A DNA stretch of 64,000 nucleotides from contig MU058463.1 in NCBI GenBank assembly GCA_013265495.1, positions 4,114,244-4,178,243 of the forward strand, read 5' to 3'. The DNA comes from Vicugna vicugna (taxonomy: Eukaryota). Numbering within the stretch: the first letter of the stretch is position 1; each line of letters opens with the position of its first letter. Below, piece by piece: positions 40,684 to 53,958 of this stretch. The notes below the pieces were generated by a model. It worked only from the letters and a program-made list of their open reading frames with translations, had not been told where the DNA came from and ran no database searches. Made by a program: the position numbers and the translations under genes.

Positions 40684-41306
40684 GTGGGCAGAACATTTCA
40701 TTAGAAAGAACAGTTTAGAAACATTAAACTTACGTTTTTTTAAGTAATAATGTAACTAATATGATGGGGATGGTATAGCAGGTTTTTTCCCCTGTGTTTT
40801 CTGATGTTTGTATAGCAGTGTATAATTTATCACTTTGTGCGTATTATTTCTTTTGCATTTTATAATTTCATCTCATAAAATAATCAACCGTATTTTGACA
40901 AGTAATAAATTTACTTACTTCCTTTTCTTTAACCTACAGTCACAAACTTTTAAGTTTTCCTGTCTTCAATGAAATCTTCACTATGATTCCATCTATGAGG
41001 TTGAGAGATGAAATATTATTAATTTTTTAATTTGGCTAACCAAGAAATGTTCATAAGGATATTAAGTGGCTTGCTTTTTAAATAATAGTAGTTATGATGG
41101 AGCTGAGATTAGAACTTGGGGCTTTGTCCAGACATTTTGGGCAAAGGAACACATTTATTCAATTTTTTTAATGTTATGTATCATCAGGTTTTCAATCAGT
41201 TTCAAGAGCTATATATACTCTCAAAATACAAGCCGTGTATATGACTGTCTTAAGTATAGTTGAAGTAGACTTGACATAATCTTGTGTCTGTTTTCTTTTG
41301 CTGTAG

Positions 41307-41472
41307 ATGTGTCCAAAACACGGCACAGACTTTTTGGAATATAAATGCCGCTACTGCTGCTCGGTGGCTGTCTTCTTCTGTTTTGGGACAACACACTTCT
41401 GCAACGCTTGTCACGATGACTTTCAGAGAATGACTAGCATTCCTAAGGAAGAACTACCACACTGTCCCGCAG
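41307..41472 (+). CDS. MYCBP2: MYCBP2 exon MCPKHG...HCPA(G) (downstream catalytic Cys, FFCFGTTHF)
   Basis: ctgtag|ATG...GCAG|gtatgc; TGT at 41379-41381. Confidence 0.97.
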
Positions 41473-44049
41473 GTATGCTTTTTGTATTTTTGAATATGAT
41501 TATGATGATATGGTATCTAGTTCTATCTAATGATCACATGAGGACACTTTGTCTCAAGTGGCAGAAATCCGGTTCAAACCATCCTAAAGAAACAAGGGAA
41601 CTCCTCGGCCCTTGTAAGGAAGCGTCCTTCTGGGTGAGGTAGAAAGTGAGGTGACCGCGGTGAGTGAAAGGCCCTGAGCTGTAATGAAGCAGATGGCTTG
41701 GGGACCGAGAAGGAAGTCAGCTAAGGGTTAGTAGCGTTTCTGTTCAGCCCTGAAGGGCCGTGTGAAGTTTGAAATTATAAACTGATAAGAGAACCATTTA
41801 AAGGGATTTTGTGATTTTTTTTTTTAAAAGCCTGGAACCAGCATCATAAAGTGGGCGAGTGATTTGATCTGGAATGGCTGGGATTGGCAGCGTAGTGAGT
41901 ATCAGAAAGCCAAGGGGATTAAAGAAGCCACTGAGAATACAGGGGAGATAACTGTGGAGGTAAGGGTGACGGAAAGTGAAGATGAAACCAAAAGGAAGCT
42001 GAAAAAGTGGGACGAGATCAGGAGGCTGGTGACGACAGTGAGGTCGAATGCCAGGCTTAACAGAAGGGAGAGAAGCGAAGGACAGGCAGATGTGACCACA
42101 GAAGAGAGTTTTACACAAGATAGATCTGAAATGAGTGCAAATATGTGCAAAAGTACATAAACCACAATGTACAATGTTGTCAAGGCTGGGAAATGCTCTC
42201 ATTCGTTGCTTATCAAAGTGCGAATAAGCAGAACCCTATGGTGCCTCTCAAAACTGCAAATGTATCTACCCTTTAACACTCCCGTTTCTGGGGATACACC
42301 TATATATGAGAGGAAAATAAAAAAGAGCAAATAGACAAGGTTATTCATTGCATCATTGTTAATAGTAATACAAATTTGTGAGCATTGCAAGTATCCAACA
42401 GGAGGTTGGTTAAACACTAAATACTCTGCACCATTAAAAAATGAGGGAGACTGAGGATGGAGTTTCTATGTACTGATGCAGAAAGATCTATAGGAGATAC
42501 TGTTAAGTGAGAGACAAGTTACTGAAGAGTGTATATAGTTTGCTGCCTTTTGTAAGAAAGGGAGAAATGACAATATTTACTCGTATTTATTTCTATTTAC
42601 ATTTTAAAAAAAACTGGGAAGATACACTGGTGTGATTTGCAGTGGGAGATGGTGATACGCTTTATAGTTTATAACATGAATAATTGCCTTTCTCACAAAC
42701 CTCTGATGACCCGTCCTGGAGCCACATGCCTGCGGTTGTCGGAGGCAGCCCTGACCGCTGCTCTTGTGCCTGTTCGCTGAAACCAGCAGGGGGCTTCTCC
42801 CGCTGAGATCCGCTGCCTGCAGTCTGCAACTCACCTTCATGCCTTGGTCTTCCCCTTATATGGAACTTCCCTTATATTTGGCTAGACCAGGCCACCGTTT
42901 GTTGTCATTAACAGTAATCATAGCTAACCTTTATTGACGGTTTATACTGTGCCAGGCTAAGAGCTTCATAAACACTAGGCTTTTATCCCTAATGTTTACC
43001 TTCTTTTAAGTCAGAGGAGTTTTTAAAGCTGAAAGAGGTAAACTGAGATCTCATTCGCCATCAATCTGGATAACCGTATTCCATCCAATCTCATCATGCT
43101 TTTCTCTCAAGTAAAATCAAAATTTACATTTACCGTTTTGGAAACCAGCGGTAGGAAACTAGTGCATAGTTCTGTTCCTTCCTCTCTGTTAATAAGACTC
43201 TGCATTCAAGCGTAAGCCCAGCCTGTGTTCCCTGCACAGAGCAGCTCTTCGCTTATAAAGCAGCAGAAATCCTTTTTAAATGATACGAAACAGGTGACAT
43301 GAGGCCCATTAACATAACAAATCTTTCAAAACATAGAAAAACACAGGTTTTTTTGCACATTTTTAAGCCTAGTTTGATTATTATCTACAAATATGTATCT
43401 TCCCCTAAGTGTTTCTTCTGGGTTATGACATTTTGAATTATTTTACCATTCATGTCTTTCAGTTGAGTAATTTCCATTTTTTACTGATCTCCTTTTAGAT
43501 AGTTTTTAATGTAACACTGATAATCAGTCTTCCCACTTTACCAGTGTCTGCTTTTTCTTCAGAGAAGATAGAAGGATAACATGGCTTATTTACACTTCAG
43601 TTTGTTGTTACTTGGAGGAAAGCATTCTATATAAAAGTCCTCATATTTTCTTATCCAGAATAATTTTCTGCTAGACGACAGTGAGAGATTTTTGTGACCA
43701 TCTTGTTCATTGCTCTTTGCATTAAGATGGTATACCTAATTTACCTATTAATAGAAAAAGATCTATAGCTCAGAGTGGTTATCTTTAGGCAGGATGTCAT
43801 GGGTAAGGGACCCTGTCCCTTCCTGTTATATGTATCTGGTATGTTGAATTTTTAATGGTGAATGTTTTTACTTTTGTGCTTAGAAGAAAATAATGTTTTA
43901 TACTTAACTTTGTATTTGCATAACCGTAGTCAAGTTACTTCTTTGAGTAACTTATCAGTGGTTAGTATTTACCTTAGGTTTGTGTGTATGTGTGTCTGTG
44001 TGTGTGCGCTTTTAATTGTATTCTTTTGCCTCCTTCAAAATTTACACAG

Positions 44050-44165
44050 GTCCCAAAGGGAAACAGTTGGAAGGAACTGAGTGTCCTCTCCATGTTGTTC
44101 ATCCACCCACTGGGGAAGAGTTTGCGCTGGGTTGTGGCGTGTGCAGAAACGCTCACACTTTTTAG
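44050..44165 (+). CDS. MYCBP2: MYCBP2 terminal coding exon PKGKQL...CRNAHTF*
   Basis: acacag|GT CCC ... ACT TTT TAG; matches recalled C-terminus. Confidence 0.97.
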
Positions 44166-44870
44166 AACACTCAGACTCCTTTGTCTACAAAGAGAAAAGT
44201 TGCCTTCATCCCCCAGGCGGATGCGGTGAAGTTTAACCTCTGCTCAGGATAAGGACGGGACCATTTTTACATCCATGAAAACTTACCATTCACAGTGCAA
44301 GAAGGATGCCAAATACATGTACATAATTCTTGCTGTGGACAGTTTCCCCATTCTTTCAGTTTATCTTCTTTTGAACCAAGACATCAAATTTGTGAGGTGT
44401 TTGCATGTGGCCATTACCGTCATTGGCCTGTGAAACATTGGACATTCATAGATAATTGATAACAAAGAATTGCCATGCCCATGGACTACGAATGATGCTG
44501 GCTTTCAAGCAAAAAAGAAAAATAATCATTGTTTATTGTATACTGCCTTTTTGTAATCCTGTACAATTGCATCACGGGTGGGGATAAAAAGAGGAATATT
44601 CTGGTTTATTTCCTAGACTGTTATTTAAAAAAAAATTGTGTTAGGACAGCATATAAATGTAATAAGTATCACACTGTATATAAAGATATCAATGTTTGTC
44701 CTGTATAAGAATTACTAAATTACAAATGCAGTTTCATTTAAACTTCTAGGTTAAGTTTGAGCCTGAAATTTTAATGAAGTGCAATACTGAGTGTGCCTCA
44801 TTATCTTGCAGCTGTAAACATAATGGAATGTACATGTCAATAAACCACTGTACATTTTTATACAGTGATA
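44166..44870 (+). other. MYCBP2: MYCBP2 3'UTR (end approximate)
   Basis: Follows stop codon; AU-rich; AATAAA at 44839. Confidence 0.8.
44839..44844 (+). terminator. Polyadenylation signal AATAAA of MYCBP2
   Basis: First AATAAA I found after the stop; several upstream TGTA (CFIm-type) motifs. Confidence 0.75.
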
Positions 44871-47800
44871 AAGTCTAACAAGTATGTAAAGTGTTGCTTG
44901 AGAAACAAAATTTAAGTACCTTAATGTAAGGACTAAAACTCTATCCAATTTTCCTTGGAAAGAAATTTGCTAACACAGCACAATCATGACTTTGAGAACT
45001 GTTAGGGAAAATAAGAGTAGTAATGAAGTAAGTGAAGTGGAATCTTAATTAAACACTGGATTTATATTCACAAACAGGCATATGCCAGAGATGGAAGAAA
45101 ACACGTAGGAAATTGACCAACCTCCATCTTATTAACCCCACTTCTTTTAACTTTGCTAACATCAACAAAATCACAAGTCTTTCCTTTATCTATTGTAGAC
45201 TGTGTGTTTTGGTAGACCTTTTTTACATTTAGCTCATAAAATTGGCAAATTGTTGGTTTATGATGGGTCATAAATCAGATGACATTTATTTCATAGAGCT
45301 GACAAAAGTTTTGACCAGTTCTGTTCTAAAGTCCCCAGTTGAAAATATATAATTTGTCAATATACATTATTTTAATGACATTTGTTAAGCATTTGTGAGA
45401 AATTTAAAATAATCTTTGCCTTTAAGGGACTTAAAATATAAAGAAAATATCAAATATGAGCACAGATAACTATTTAGAGAATCTTCTAATAAATTGCATA
45501 AAATGTCCAAGCCAAATGCTTCAGGGTTTAGGAAAGATTGTTATCGGTGGTTTCTGGTTTTGTCTTTGTTGTTGGGAAGGTTAGGTCAGAGGCCATTTGA
45601 GCTGCATCTTGAAGCATAAGTATCATTTCAAGGGCAGACATGTAAAGAAAGGCATGAGGAAAAAGTGTATGTAGAAAATTCTAGAATGTAAAGAACAGTG
45701 CAAGTGGTCTAACTTTCCCAGTATTGGAGACCTTACTGGAAGAAAAAAAAATCTGAAGATCACAAAGACTGATCTCTTTATGATGCAATTCTGTGGATCC
45801 ACTGTATGTACAAGCACAGGGGATTCCTGAGCAAGGAAGGACTTTGAAACAGTACAGAGGTCCCCCTTCATCTAAATAAGATACATCTGACTATCACTGA
45901 AAAAGTCACGAATACACTTTATTTTAAAATCTCTCAAAAGAAGAACATTATATAAACTTTCTTTGTATTCCGTGATGGTACCCTAGGGATGCAAGCAATT
46001 TTTAATTTCCCCATGTGTCTGAATGTGAGGAGAGTGACTTGTTGTCACTGAAGGCATGTCTGGTGGTTCCACGCCAAGCTGAAAGGTTGCAGGCAGGACT
46101 AGTTCAATTTCCACGATCAATGATTCTGGAAGAAACCCTGATACCTTAAGCAGAAAAAGGTTCTGAAGGCACCTGCAGGTTGATCTCCCCTCACATCTCT
46201 TTCTGACAAGGGGCCAGTTGAGACCACCTATTCACAAAAGACATTCCAGAATGAACCTTAAGACAACACAGCCTTTTTCTTCAAAACAGTCATTCTACCG
46301 TGAGGATGTCTAGCCACAGGTATCAGGAAGGAAGGAGGACACTGCTCCAGACAACCTCTCAGCCCCAGCTTCTCCCTCTCTGCACCTGCTTGGAAAGCTC
46401 CGCCTCTCCCTCCTTGTCCAGCCCCACCTTTCGCAGTAATGGTGTTCCATGCCCAGGCCAGTGGGAGAACACTGAGGGCACAGGCTCAGGATTGGCTTTA
46501 AATGTTCCCAGAAAACACAAAAGTAGCTCAGAGACAGAAGCAGTTCCCTGGTTTACCCCAGGAATACCGGCTGTGATGAGGCCATTGTGATGTATCTGAC
46601 TTAAACTCATGGGCCGCAGGATTGAGTGACACTAACTTTGAGAATGCCACCTGGATAGGCAGCGTCTTGGACACCTGAGACCTGTAAAGAATCCCATTTT
46701 GTCACCATTACTTTGCTGGCAAATTGAGCAGCTCCGGTGTGTAAGTGGAAATGGAGAAGAGAGAGTAATAGAAACTATCGAGATGGCTTGACTGGCGTGA
46801 GCCATCTCAAGTCAATATTCTGGTAATAAAAGTGATAAAGCAACAAAGTCCTATAATATATTCTCACAATGACTCCAATTTATCTTCCTTTATGAGGAAG
46901 CTGTTTTTAGTCATATTCCAAGCATCTCAAAATCAGAGAACTTAAAACAGTTTAGGAATAGGTTCTGACAAAGCAGTGAAGGCAGATGGCTTTGGCATGC
47001 ATTTGGCTCGGGCATCCTGTGCACAGAGGAGTTTTAAATGCTATCTATGCGCAGTGTACCAGGCAGGACCCACAAAGCAGGCATGAGAGCAGGTGTCAGG
47101 GAAATCTGGAAAGAAACTTTTCCTGTTATGTTTTCAGGCCTAGGAAAAGCCATTTTTCTTAAGCAGTTTTCTGGCCAGACTGTTGAGATCTAAAAACTCC
47201 TTATTCTATCTTAATAAGCTTACTTGAAAAGATACTTGAAAAAAAAAAAGTCAGTTGAAAAGTATGCAGTTTTCTATTTTCATTCACAACGGTTACTGGT
47301 TCGCTTTTTTCAAATTTTTCAGTCCAACATCTCTCCCTGGCCACTCGGTCACTGAATTCCACCAGGACGTAGTCACACGTGTTTCTGACGGTGGTGAGAT
47401 GATGGAACACTGTCACCTGTTTTCTGGAAAACTGCTAATAGTACTTAACGAGAGCTGAAACCGAAACCAGAAGACTTGGGTTTGAGTCCCGACTCTGCCT
47501 CTGTCTTGGCTGTGTGACCTGGAGTCAGCCGCACAGCCTGACTCAGCCACCGCTTCTTAGGAGTAATAATACCTAATCAAAATCAGTTGAGGGAGTCCTT
47601 ATAAATTGCTTCATCCCACAATAGAGCATTCGGCGAAAGGGCAGAGTGTAGGAGAGAAGAACATTATTCAACACCTCTTCAACAGCAAGCACTGAATTGT
47701 AAGCGTTTTATTTAATCCTCCTAGCAGCTCTGCAGGGTAAAACATTCTTAATCTCATTTCAGCAGATGACTTTAAAGGCTTAGAGACCTTAAAGAATTTG

Positions 47801-48028
47801 TATTAAATTCTAGCTGATCTAATACAGATTTGGCTGAAAAAAAAAACCTGCAATATGAATCCAGATCTTTCTGTGTCTCAAACCCAAACACTTCTTACCC
47901 CCATCACGATGTTACTAACTGCATCACCAACTGGTCCAATGAAAAGAAGTAACGTATGAAATGGTAACTGGACACCAGTCACACGGGCAAGATTGCAAAG
48001 GGAACAAGAGAGGATTTGCCTCGAGGAC

Positions 48029-48496
48029 TGTGCAGGGTAGATCCGGAGGGGTGGGGCTCCTGGATCCCTCCTGGGTTGGGGGACAGTTAGCTGACAGCCT
48101 GCGCTGCTCCACCTGTGGGATCCGCCACAGCACTGAATCCAAAGGCGCACTCTTTCCCCCACAGCCCTTGCCAGAGACAGAACAAGGCAGGGTCCTAGGG
48201 CTTGGCTGTTCCTGCCCAAGGAAGGGATCCTTTCCGGGCAATCTTTGCACCAGGACTCAGGCTAGTCGAGGGAGGCATCTTTAGAGCTGTGCTGCAGCCA
48301 GAGGCTTTTCCTGCCCAGTACTCCTTCTCCCTGTCCTTTTGGAGACGCCAAACCGGTGTGGCCATCTGAAGGCTCTCCCTGCCCACTCCTGCTCCCTCAC
48401 GCCTTGATCTTTCATAGGCACTGCCCCCACAGATCTCTTGCACATCTAACTTTATCTTGGCATCTGCCTCCTAGAGGACATGTGCCTTCTGACACA
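48029..48496 (+). mobile_element. LTR16-like ERVL LTR
   Basis: TG start; 3' end cttggcatctgcctcctagaggac...gacaca resembles ERVL LTR16/MLT2 ends. Confidence 0.55.
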
Positions 48497-49226
48497 GAAG
48501 GATAATACATTTTAAATGACTTACGTTTGCTTCATGTCACAAATGATACAAGGTACCTTAGGAAAAAATGCATGGACTATAAAAGAAATACTGAAGGTAG
48601 TTACAGTGAAGAAAAATTACGAGAGAAAATAAAAGCCAAGGTTAGAGGAGTGTGTCCAGTAAGTAACCATACAGTCTCACACAGTCACCAGAGAGAAGGC
48701 CATCGACTTCGCAATATACGTTCGTCAGCTAACAAAGCAGGGCAAGAGGCATGTTCAGTTGCATTTTCTTAAAAAGAGCACAGCAGGTATTCGAGCCTAG
48801 TTTTGAAGGATGGGTAAGTTTTGACCGGCACAAATGAAAAGGGCACTCCAGGGAGAGTGAGTGGTGGAAACTAAGGCACTGATGTGTTCCTCAGTTCCTC
48901 AGCGGAAGTAAGCAGTTTCACTTCATTAATTCATTTAATAAGTGGTTGAGCACCTGTCCAGCATCCACACTTGACAGTACATGCTCATGAGGATGGGAAT
49001 TGGGTCTGGTTGCTTAGTAACCACGACTTACAACTGGAAGGTGCCTGATGGATGAACCGTACGTGTGGCGCTGTGCCAAGGGCTAGGGATGAGATGGTCA
49101 CAGAACACACATACAGAACCATGTAAGGAGCACAATGTTATTAAGAACTACAATCAACATTTTCTAAAGGTAAGCGAGAACACCTGTTGAGGGCTTACAG
49201 CGGCCAAGCACTGTGCAATGCAAGGG

Positions 49227-49716
49227 TGTGGCAGGCATAATAACAGCCCCTCACAGTGCCCACATCCTCATCCCCAGCAGACATGAATATGTCGCCTTGC
49301 ATGGCAGAAAGGACTTTGCAGATGTGATTAAGGGTACAGACCTTGAGATGCGGAGGTTTTCCTGGATTAACTTGGTGGGCTCAAAAGGATCACAAGAGTC
49401 CTAATTTGGGAAAGAGGAGGTGAGGAAGGTCAAGGTCAGAAGAGGTGCAATGAGAGAAGCAGAGCTCAGAGACAGAGACTTGAAGACCCTACACTGTTGG
49501 CTTTGAAGATGAAGGAAGAGGCTTTGAGCCAAGGAATGCAGGCAGCCTCAAGAAGTTAGAAAAGACAAGAAAACTCATTTTCACCCATAGCCTCCAGAAG
49601 GAATTCAGCAATGTCAAGACCTTGATTTAAGTTGGACTTCAGACCTCCAGAAATGTACAATAATAAAATTATGTGGTTTCAAGCCACTAGGTCTGTGGTA
49701 GTAGGAAACAAATATA
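49227..49716 (+). mobile_element. MLT1-type (MLT1D-like) MaLR LTR
   Basis: tgtggcagg...gactttgcagatgtgattaagg...gagccaaggaatgcaggcagcctc...aagccactag. Confidence 0.8.
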
Positions 49717-49830
49717 GTGGACTTGACATGGATTATGACATTTTCATCTTCCACGAATCTCTGAACTCCGATTTTCCCTCTGCAGAAGAGGCAACAACTA
49801 GCCCAAGGTTTTGCAAAGCATTGGCAGCAG

Positions 49831-49958
49831 GGGGGTAGGATATAGCTCAACTAGTAGAGTGCATGCTTAGCATGCACAAGGTCCTGGGTTCAATCCCCAG
49901 TACCTCCTCTAAAATAAAAATAAATAAATAAATAAACCTAATTACCTCCCCCACCACC
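49831..49958 (+). mobile_element. tRNA-derived SINE (resembles camelid vic-1)
   Basis: A box tagctcaactag, B box gggttcaatccc, (TAAA)n tract; TSD AAGCATTGGCAGCAG / AAGAATTGGCAGCAG. Confidence 0.85.
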
Positions 49959-49974
49959 AAGAATTGGCAGCAGA

Positions 49975-50183
49975 ACACAAAGAATTTAAAATATCTCAAT
50001 AATTTTCTAAAATTGCTTACATATTGAATTGATAATATTTTGGATATACTTGGTTAAGTAAAATATAGTATTAAAATTAAATTCATCTGTTCCTTTTTAC
50101 CTTTTTTTTTAATATGACTTTTAGAAATTTTTAAATTACATATGTGGCTTGCATATGTTTCTAAATAAACAGTTCTGGCCTAG
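49975..50183. mobile_element. MER3/MER33-like hAT-Charlie fragment
   Basis: tgataatattttggatatacttggttaag...aaattacatatgtggcttgcat. Confidence 0.65.
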
Positions 50184-50654
50184 ACTCTCATTCTAAACTG
50201 TTTGGATTTTATCACCCACCTTTGGATTTTTTGGAGGAAGAGCCACGTGCTTCAGGAAGATAAAGCAGGGATGGAGTCAAGGGCAGTGTGAAAGACAGTG
50301 TCTTTCACACTGCCCCAGGACAAGACCAGTCGGGAAGCTAAGACTGTGGTCTCAGGAAGAATCGATAAAGGTTCTTGTCCGTCTCAAATCAGACTTCTTT
50401 CCTTTGAGGCGTCTACAGTCTAACCCTAGTTAGAGTTGAGTTAAAACACAAAGAGATGGCTTAAAATGAAATAGTTTCATTGGGCTAATTTGTCTGATAG
50501 GGAGATGTGTGCTGGAGCAACTCAGAGGAGAAGTGGAGTTTTTGAGACAAGACATCACGGAGGAGTGTGTCCTCGCTTGTGGAGCTGAAGCCAATAGCAA
50601 CAGTAAGAGCGGTGCAGCTAACGCTTCCTGGGCCTTTGCTGTATGCCTGCGACT

Positions 50655-50830
50655 GACATACACGCTTCACATGCATTAACTCATTTAATTCTAATGATAT
50701 CTCTATGTGGTAGGTATAATAATAATAAGGAAGGAAACTGAAGACACAAAGAAATTTAGTAACTTGTCAACGCTCATATATCCTAAAGGCAGAACCAGGA
50801 TCAAAACCTAACCCATGACTCAGGTCCACA
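50655..50830 (-). mobile_element. MIR SINE (other MIR-like pieces near 13400, 21150, 32520, 47460, 63140)
   Basis: ctcatttaattct...ggaaactgaagacacaaagaaatttagtaacttgtc MIR core. Confidence 0.65.
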
Positions 50831-52269
50831 CCTTCTCCATCACACTCTGGAGCAGCGCTTACTGAGCAGTGGAGACTTACGGATCTCAAGTTTGCAAGAC
50901 CCAAGTAGGTCCTGAGGAGATGAGAGTTCCTCTTCCTGTGGGGAACACCAAACTGGGGGACCTGAAAGGAAAAAGCTTCAGAGACAGGAGAGGAATTGGG
51001 GAAAGAGAAAAAGAGGTCAAAGTGTGGGAAAGAACATGTGGGCATCCCTTTTATAAAACCATAAGTCTAGAAAACCCTTCCCTTGTATGATTCAGAGGAC
51101 TGACTAAGGTAGAATTAAAAGTTCTGTTCCTCCCCAACTCAACTGCTCCTCGGAGATCTACCTGACCTCAGAAAAGAACCTCATGCCTCATTCTCACAGT
51201 AAGATCTGTGATTGATCTGTCAACTCAGAAGACAGGAAATCAAAAAGAGGCAGTCATCATGCCCACTCATTTTCCTGGAGCTCCATCCAAGACAGACCCA
51301 TCCCCAGGGGTGATACACCACCCCTGTGTCACCTGGCAGAGTGATGCTCGGCTAGTGGCAGCTATGGAGAAGAAGCCACCCCCAAACCCCGCTCCCAGAT
51401 ACAGGACACGGTGGGACCAAATTCCATAATCACCCTCCAGTTAAAGGGAAGTATCATTTGAGACCTAAGGAGGAGGATTTCCAAGTCGAGTTTGCACCGA
51501 TAAGGAGTTTTGGTTGCAAGCAGAAGAAAGCAAATTCAAAATAACTTCAGCAAGCAAGAAAAAATGCAGTTGCTGGGAGACCTCTGAGTCTCGAGACTCG
51601 AGTAGAACCAGGGCTGTGGCTGGGGCTTCGTATCTCCTCTAGATCCTCTCTCTGCGTGTCTTCTGCACTTCTTCCTTAGCACTGCAGAGAACCTTTCTCT
51701 GCTTTCCAGACCACGTGGTAGAAAGTGATCACCTACAGCCCCTGGGTTTCTGTGTTACAAGTCCAAACGCCCAAGGAAGGGACTACTCTCCTTCTGTATT
51801 AATTCCAAACTCCTAGGGGAGAGGACTGTCTTAGCTTGAATGATGTGTCCATTTCTGGACCAGTCCATCCCGTTCACCTCTTAGGATCCTCCCTCCCCTG
51901 CAACATTTAACTGCCCATCTACTCCCCATGACAGATTTATTTTAGTTACAACATGGCTCAAGTCCAGGACATCACACTATGTAATACAAACATAAGCCCT
52001 GCCCTGTCACGTTCTTTCCTTCTTCTAAGAAACATTTACCAAGCCAGGAACTGTTCTAGGAGCCTAGGATCCGGGAACAAACCAGACTAAGACTCACGTT
52101 TTCATGGTGCTTACATCCCAACTGGGACGTTACAAACAACAGACATAACAATATATAACACACTAGGATGTGATATGTGCTGTATGAGAAAGGAAAAAGA
52201 GGTCAAGGGGGCTCCGGAGTCTTATAGTCACTGTTTTGTTCTGGTTTTGTTTATTTTTTTGGTTTTGGT

Positions 52270-53940
52270 AGTACATTGTTTAATTTGATTAACTGATATT
52301 TCTTTTTGAATTTTTGCATCTATTTTCATACAGGAAATGAGGCGACAGTTTTCTTTTCTTTTCCATATTTGGTCTGGGAATCATGGTTTCACTAGTGTCA
52401 TAAAATGACCTGGGCAGCTTCTCCTCTTCATCCTTTCTCTCAAACAACTTGTAGAAGAAAGGATTAACTCTTACTTGGAAGTGTGGCAGGGCCCACCTGT
52501 AATTCCATCTGGGCCTAGGGTTATTTGGGAGGAAAAGGCTTTGCTATTTACCTCAATGCTTATTGATCTATTCAAATTCTCTACTTTTTCCTGCCAATGT
52601 TGGCATTTTAGATTTTTCTAGGACTTTATTCATTGCGTCTAGGCTTTCTACTTTATTAGTCAATAATTTGCAACAAACTTTATTCAAAATATCTGTAGTG
52701 GCTCTATTTTCCTCCCTTTTTAAATTCTGTATTTTGTCAACTTGCAACTTTTCTTTTTTTTAATCAACCTGACCAGAGTCTGACCAACCTACCTTATTCA
52801 CTTTTATTTGAACCAGCTTTTGTTTTTGACAAAATCTTCTCTATTTATTGTTTTCCTGTTTTATTGATCCTGGCCCTTCTCTGCTGCTTATCTACTACGA
52901 TATGACAAACCACTCAACACTTACTGGACTGAAACAGGTGTTCGTTATTGTCTCTCGGGGTTCACTGAGCGATGCTCCATGAGGCTTTGTTTTCTCATGA
53001 CGTGGTAACTGGGTCTTCTGACACTCTGTGCTAAGTGGAAGCTTCCCAAGAGCCCAAATAAACGCCGTAAGGTTCTTACAACGTAGCCTCAGAAGTTTTA
53101 AAACGCCACTTCCGCCTCATGCTAATGGTGAAACAAATCACCAAGGCAAGACCGAGTTCAAGGGCAAGGAAACTGAGAATGTGAGAAGCAGCATTTGACC
53201 ATGAGAAAGGGAAGCTTAAGTGGTAGCCACCTTGTAAACGACATTATATTATCCTTCATGATGTTCTGAATTTTCTTTTCTGATGTGCTGCTTTTCTTTT
53301 TATTTTGATTTATTGAGTTAAATATTTGGCTTTCATTGATTATACTTGTTTCTGGGTAACTATATTTAAAATTATGAATTTCTAAGTGTTGATACATTTT
53401 TCACAAATACTTACTATATACATGGTATTTTCACTATCATACAAGAAAAATTTTCTTAATCCCTGTTGTTATTTACTTTCTAACCCACATATTATTTTAA
53501 CTTTGTTATTTAATTTCCAAACAAATGGCATTTTTAGCTCTCCTTTTGTTGTTTATTTTTAACTTTATTGCATTCTGGTTTACAAACATTGTATGATGCT
53601 GATTGACCTTTAGGAATTTAAGTTTTCTTTTGTGGCCTAATATGCAGTCTATTTCCTAAAGTGTTTTGTTTCTCTACAGACTTTTTGCAGTATAAAATTC
53701 TATATATCTCAGAGCTTAGAGGTACTAATTGCATTATTCAGATCTACAATGATTCTATTTATATTTTGCTTGCTTGCTCTACCAGTTTCTGAGATGAGTG
53801 GGTTAAAATCTTACTAAACTACAGTAGTTGATTAATCTCTCTCTTCCTACAGTCCTGTCAGTGCTTTGGAGTTTTGTACAGTAAGATGCATATGTATTCA
53901 TGATATGATACCATCTTCTTACTCTGTTACCTCTTTTATT
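52270..53940 (-). mobile_element. Old L1M ORF2 remnant (antisense) with a nested MaLR-like piece at ~52880-53230
   Basis: cataaaatgacctgggcagc...ccatctgggcctaggg resembles antisense L1 ORF2. Confidence 0.6.
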
Positions 53941-53958
53941 AGTACTCTTACTTTTATT

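Noticed and set aside
41864..42160. 98-aa charged ORF in the last intron
   Set aside because: Non-ATG start, purine-rich repeat-like DNA, no recognisable family
49831..49910. tRNA-Ala gene
   Set aside because: Degenerate cloverleaf with an A-rich tail and TSDs; a SINE
51586..51599. 14-bp palindrome GAGTCTCGAGACTC, plus 8-bp stems at 21381 and 51305
   Set aside because: Short enough to occur by chance in 64 kb
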